Source: an uncultured Verrucomicrobiales bacterium (GTDB lineage Bacteria > Verrucomicrobiota > Verrucomicrobiia > Verrucomicrobiales > DEV007). From it: a DNA stretch of 22,133 nucleotides. Below are positions 20,185 to 22,133 of this stretch, in pieces. The position numbers and the translations under genes are program-made. A model generated the notes under the pieces. That model was not told the DNA's origin, did not search any database, and was given only the letters and a program-made list of their open reading frames with translations. The stretch is taken from positions 1-22,133 of the forward strand of contig CALKOM010000074.1 of NCBI GenBank assembly GCA_938091905.1, in the 5' to 3' direction. The stretch's first letter is position 1. Every line of letters begins with the position of its first letter.

Positions 20185-21096
20185 CTACTTATCGGAAAAG
20201 AATGGAAAGAGCTTCTTCAGATCCTCCGCGCTCGGCCTCCGCCCGTATTCACAGAGTTCAAAGGCTTCGGCATGATTCACACGTTTGCCCTTCTCTTCGC
20301 CATAGAGCCTCACCAGTTGGTCCCGATAGTCGTTGGCTACCGCCATGGACCGCGCTTGAAATCGCTGACTGAATTCACGTTTCCTTGCCACTCGGGCATC
20401 ACCTTCTTTCGGTACCGGAACGACACCTTCGAAATTACCCGTTGCCCAGAAGCTTTCGATCTGGGATTCCAATGTCCAAAGAGCGTCGACCTTTTGCTTG
20501 ATCACCGGATCAATGCTTACGACGAGATCAGGTTCAAAAGGGTTCGGTTTTTGAAAGCCGTCTGACAGATATAAAAAGGTAGGGTTCTTCTGAAGATGAG
20601 GTGTGTCCGGGCAGAAGTTGCTTACCGTGACCATGAAGGCAGCATCTTGCATAAGAATGCCCGTGTAACGGTGATCGGGATGATAGTCGTTTGGTCGATG
20701 CGCCATAACAATGTCCGCCTTCCAGTCGCGGATCAACCGCACGAAGGCTTTACGATTCTCTAACGTTGGCATGAGCTCGCCGTCGTGAATGTCCATGACG
20801 TGAGATGCGATGCCCAGGATCTTGGCTGCTGCATGGACCTCACGGGTACGACGCTTGGCTAACTCTCCGCCTGACATGATGGCGTGTCCGATATCGCCAT
20901 TTGTCGCGGAGACAAATTTCACATGATGCCCCAATTTTGCCCACATCGCCGCAACCCCGCCTGCTTTCAGTTCGCAATCGTCAGGATGTGCACCAAAGAC
21001 CATGATACGTAACTTTCCGTCGTCTGCCTCGGCAGAGAAAGCCTGCAGCAAGCTCAGCCAGCAGAAACAGAAAAGGGCGGCAGAGATAGGTTTCAT
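20185..21096 (-). CDS. Exported PIG-L / LmbE-family deacetylase
   Basis: Signal peptide MKPISAALFCFCWLSLLQAFSA, metal motifs GAHPDD and DYHPDH, TNGDIGH, and R..E...AA.ILG. Alternative start ATG 21114. Confidence 0.92.
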   Translation of the reverse strand: MKPISAALFCFCWLSLLQAFSAEADDGKLRIMVFGAHPDDCELKAGGVAAMWAKLGHHVKFVSATNGDIGHAIMSGGELAKRRTREVHAAAKILGIASHVMDIHDGELMPTLENRKAFVRLIRDWKADIVMAHRPNDYHPDHRYTGILMQDAAFMVTVSNFCPDTPHLQKNPTFLYLSDGFQKPNPFEPDLVVSIDPVIKQKVDALWTLESQIESFWATGNFEGVVPVPKEGDARVARKREFSQRFQARSMAVANDYRDQLVRLYGEEKGKRVNHAEAFELCEYGRRPSAEDLKKLFPFFSDK

Positions 21097-21263
21097 GGTT
21101 TGATGGACGTTCATGGAACAAAGGTTCTATCAGAAAGAAATGGAGTCTCCTAGATAGAAGTTCCGACGATGGGGCTGGTCTATCCGTGTCATGCCGTAAA
21201 TGCTGGCGAACGGATTGACCGTGGGCTTCACGGCGGCCCCTTGAGGGGATCTCCCGCGCTTTC

Positions 21264-21862
21264 TCAAGGCGACGTTGACGACAATGGGCGGATCTGCTTG
21301 AGCATGACCACTTCTTCTTTGTCTCCACTGGAATCGCGTCGTTCCATCACTTTGAACTCAATGTCGACACTGGTGACTTTGTGTTTGGCATGGAAGGCCT
21401 GAAAATTAGGAACCACGATGTCTAGCAATGTCTGCAGTTTCTTCCGATCTTTGGAGCTGAGAATGTCCTTTCCACTTAGAGCGAAACAGCGGCTTGGGGT
21501 GAAGGAATGTTTGCCATCGAGGAAGCGATGGCTTTCCGGAGTGAGCCCGGCGATACGGGGATTTTGAACGTTCTCGTTGCCATCGTTGACCGAGATTTCG
21601 ATGTCGTTCGGTCCATGATAATAAACGACACCAGTGGACTCTTCCTTGCGATAGCTGGGATGAACCAGGATCCCCATGCGAACGGTTGCCTGGTCGATTC
21701 CTGCTCGTTGGCGTGCGTAATAGGCCTCAGGATTCCACGTGGATGCCCAAACGCGTTTTATGGCATTGGCGATGTCCTCCTCGGACTTTGAGGCGATGCC
21801 GCCACCTGGAGAATGGTAGGCAAAGTGGCTCTCGTAAAGGCCAGCACCGCTGAAGTCTTTGT
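21264..21862 (-). pseudogene. C-terminal fragment of a PEP/pyruvate-binding-domain (PPDK/PEP-synthase N-domain-like) protein
   Basis: DFSGAGLYES, AIKRVWASTWN..AY..R...GID....MGILVHPSY..E..TGV, DIEFK and LKQIRP. The expected upstream RSS..ED segment is absent, and similarity stops abruptly near 21862. Confidence 0.75.
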
Positions 21863-21905
21863 GGGTCTTTAGCAGAATCCGTGGGTGAATTCGAGGCAAG
21901 GTTAC
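21863..21905. mobile_element. Putative ISL3-family terminal inverted repeat
   Basis: GGGTCTTTAGCAGAATCCGTGGGTGAATTC starts at the truncation point and resembles ISL3 GG(C/T)TCTT ends. The minus strand reads GNL/..EFTHGFC*, like the C-terminus of some ISL3 transposases that run into the IR (recalled, not searched). Confidence 0.45.
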
Positions 21906-21981
21906 CGTTCTGAGCGAATCGTACGTTGTTAGGTATTCGGCCCGGCTGAGGAGGACCAAGGCCTACAGAGGAGACAAGCAA

Positions 21982-22133
21982 GGGGCTCTGCCCCCTCGAC
22001 CCCCGACATTTAGCTCTCCCTCCTTGGGCTCTGGCTAACATGCCTTCGCTTTCTTGGTGACGCGTATCGGAACAGCAGCTTGGTTGAGAGTGCGAACTAA
22101 CAATTAACTTTCCATTCTGATACGCTTCCTCAC
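21982..22133 (+). mobile_element. Possible non-coding distal end of a further IS-like element
   Basis: GC-rich GGGGCTCTGCCCCCTCGACCCCCG...ATTTAGC motif (GGGGC/GCCCC hairpin) of the kind seen in IS subterminal regions. No transposase ORF lies in the window. Confidence 0.3.

Noticed and set aside
21219..21248. Two small hairpins (CCGTG/CACGG, CCCC/GGGG) upstream of the PIG-L gene as a riboswitch
   Set aside because: No recognisable aptamer consensus or expression platform.
21727..22041. 104 aa ORF as a transposase
   Set aside because: No DDE or other transposase motif; it spans the junction and overlaps the PEP-domain fragment out of frame.

Overview
A 22.1 kb bacterial window, most likely from the PVC superphylum and probably Verrucomicrobiota (inferred from the lamin-tail surface protein, the DUF1549/DUF1553 + DUF1501 pair, and an ECF sigma beside a Cys4-tipped Ser/Thr kinase). 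In order it holds: the 3' part of a lamin-tail surface protein; a PcfJ-like gene split across two frames at a CTT-TGA site; a minus-strand trio (HGSNAT/DUF5009-like acyltransferase, DAGK-family lipid kinase, Asp-box sialidase-like protein) divergent from an Rbs-type sugar ABC importer; an ECF sigma plus a Zn-ribbon membrane protein divergent from a TPR-bearing membrane kinase; a decayed RoxA-like cytochrome c gene fragment that the ORF track misses; DUF1501 and DUF1549/1553 genes; an exported PIG-L deacetylase; and a PEP/pyruvate-binding-domain gene truncated by probable IS-end sequence. I saw no rRNA, tRNA or CRISPR array. The best leads are the prfB-like +1 frameshift candidate in the PcfJ-like gene, the ECF/Zn-membrane/kinase module, and the hidden RoxA-like pseudogene. 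All family calls come from motif recognition by eye, with no database search.
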